Part shown: positions 62,188 through 64,000 of the stretch, one piece after another
Position numbering within the stretch: position 1 is the stretch's first letter
How the letters are laid out: the number at the start of each line of letters is the position of its first letter
Assembly (NCBI GenBank): GCA_030704615.1
Contig: CM060733.1
Location: 72,974,001-73,038,000, forward strand
Source of the DNA: Takakia lepidozioides
Lineage: Eukaryota; Plantae; Bryophyta
Length of the DNA: 64,000 nt
Reading direction: 5' to 3'
Program-made: the position numbers and the translations under genes
The notes under the pieces: model-generated
Seen by the model: the letters and a program-made list of their open reading frames with translations, nothing else
Database searches by the model: none
What the model was told of the DNA's origin: nothing

Positions 62188-62857
62188 TGTCGGAATTGCG
62201 GTTGGAAATCCAAATATGGAGGAATATTCCTTGGATATTTGGCTGCTCATGCCTAATTCTGCTCATGCTCATGCTCACCCCTCATGCAAAGTACACACCC
62301 GTGGTGGGGGCTCCACGAGGGGTGGTGGTAGCGTAGGGAGTCGTAATGGGGGTGACATAGGACTCATCATGAGGCTGAGGCCCTGTGGTGGGAGTCGTGG
62401 GGAGTCTTGGGACTCCCACGGTCCATTGGGGCCGTGGTGGGTGGGCCAAGACTCACTGCGGCTCACCACAGGGACGATCGAGGGTCTAAGTGGTGGTGCA
62501 CCAGATTTGGACTTGGCTACTTGTGGAACCCCCGTGGACACCTATAGAAGTATATATAGGGAGTAGTAACCCCGAGAACGGTGCAAGCCCGTTGGTGACC
62601 AAAAACTAGTGAGTAAGCGTGCGAGCCGGAAAGCGACCAAGGTGTGGGGAGCTGTTCCGGACTGCCATCTACCAAAGGGAATTTCCATTGAGCCCAACAG
62701 GTCGAGGGGTCGAGTGGGAGTGTGAGGGGGACCGTTATGCCCCGGTAAGCAGCCGAAACTCCGAGTTGGCCCGGCGGCCAGTTTGGGAGTTAGGCGTGCG
62801 CATCAAAGCGAATAACTATGACTTGAAGGGGAGCTTACCAAAGTGAGGTGCGCGACA
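62188..62857 (+). mobile_element. 5' LTR of a Ty3/Gypsy retrotransposon
   Basis: TGTCG...CGACA termini, TATA-like TATATATAG at ~62551, and a PBS directly downstream. The 5' start is inferred. Confidence 0.7.
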
Positions 62858-62859
62858 CT

Positions 62860-62871
62860 TGGTATCAGAGC
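62860..62871 (+). promoter_or_regulatory. Primer-binding site for initiator tRNA-Met
   Basis: TGGTATCAGAGC, 2 nt after the LTR-terminal CA. Confidence 0.9.
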
Positions 62872-62962
62872 TTAGAGTTCAGTACGCAATCGTCCTTAAG
62901 ATTGACCTCACCATGGGGTCGGGCAAGAAAGAGATGATCCAGGTGAGCCCGATGGGGGCGAC

Positions 62963-64000
62963 GTGTCTCCGAAGCGGCAAATGGAAGAGGCGATTTATGC
63001 TTCTGAAAGCGAGGCCGTTCAAGAACGGGAGAAATTTGGGGAGTCGGAGCCCGAGGACTTCCCAGAGGCTCCGCCAGACCAACAGATGCCTCCCATGCCA
63101 GTAGCCTTTTGGGAAGGGTTGTTGGCGCAGTTTGGCGGGACGTTGAAAGACTTGATGAGGGCGGCTAATGCCACTTCCACTAAGGCGAAGTTCAAGGTGA
63201 AGCCTAAGGAACCAGGCACCTTTGAGGGCGTCCAAAATCGGAAGACACTCAACACCTGGCTCTTGGAGCTGGAGCAGTACTTCCGGGCGGCCAAGTTGAG
63301 TGACGAGGATCGGGTGGAAGTGGCTCCCACCTATTTGAGGGGCTATGCTCAACAATGGTGGCAGAAGCGCCTTCATGACCAAGGGCCAAACCCAGAAACC
63401 TTGAGCTGGAGTGGGTTCAAGGAACTTATGAAAAGACAGTTTGTGCCCCTCAACGCGTCCTAGCTTGTCCGGGACAAGATGAGGAACTTGAAGCAAACAG
63501 ATGACATTCGGGGATATGTTCAGGCTTTCAATATGTTGTTGCTCGAAGTTGCAGATATGGCGGAACCAGAAATGGTCTTCAACTTTGTGGCGGGACTGGC
63601 CCCATGGGCCAGGCGGAAGTTGGAGGAGAGGCCACCAAAGACTTTGAACGAGGCAATTGAAAGGGCTGAATGTTTCTCGGATGTCCCTACGGGCGACAGA
63701 CAAGGCCGTACGGAGCTGAATCACAAGAAGGTCCGGCGGGAGGGTGACTCCTTCCAACCGGAAAAGAAATGGGATAGGCCACGCGGCGACAATGGCACAT
63801 GGAAATCAAAGGGAGGGCCTTTGCACGTCAAGGCGGCGCCCGGTGCTCCGAAAGGAAAATCAGATGCAGCGGCTTATGGTGGACAAAAGGCGACCTTTGA
63901 TGGGGTGTGCTTTAATTGCAGGGAGCCCGGGCACATGGCCAAGAAGTACACAAAACCTCGACAATTGAACATGACTCGGGCGACCATGGAGCTGTCCGAA
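62963..64000 (+). pseudogene. Ty3/Gypsy gag with a premature stop, running off the window
   Basis: KPKEPGTFEG...WLLELEQYF...YLRGYAQQWW...SWSGFKELMKRQF; TAG at 63461; degenerate zinc knuckle CFNCREPGHMAKK at ~63908. Confidence 0.85.

Noticed and set aside
62879-63757. 292-aa minus-strand ORF
   Set aside because: Antisense shadow of the plus-strand gag.

Overview
Eukaryotic, intron-containing, TE-saturated DNA, probably from a non-seed land plant (inferred from PLS-type PPR fragments, CACTA, Ty3 and LINE remnants). About 50 kb is a nest of three related large Mutator-like (MULE) DNA transposons, each delimited by short asymmetric TIRs and an exact 9-bp target-site duplication: A 9152-22500 (TSD TGTTTAGGC), B 22754-58957 (TSD CTAGTGGTT) and C 29573-37099 inside B (TSD CGTGCTGGA). 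A 13.5-kb CACTA element (43057-56521, TSD AGC) is also inserted in B. A and B each carry two divergent genes: a GCM-like/DDE/SWIM transposase, and a multi-exon gene joining a ParB/Srx-like domain (DGNHR) to a beta-class N6A/N4C-like DNA methyltransferase domain. Their non-coding DNA and introns hold arrays of 20-30 bp palindromes with a shared CGGCGCCG core but element-specific flanks. B and C also carry three intact copies of an unrecognised ~190-aa 'RWNCC' protein. The main candidate novel system is a transposon-borne ParB-methyltransferase plus cognate palindrome (parS-like) self-recognition module. Domain calls come from motif recognition by eye, not from database searches.
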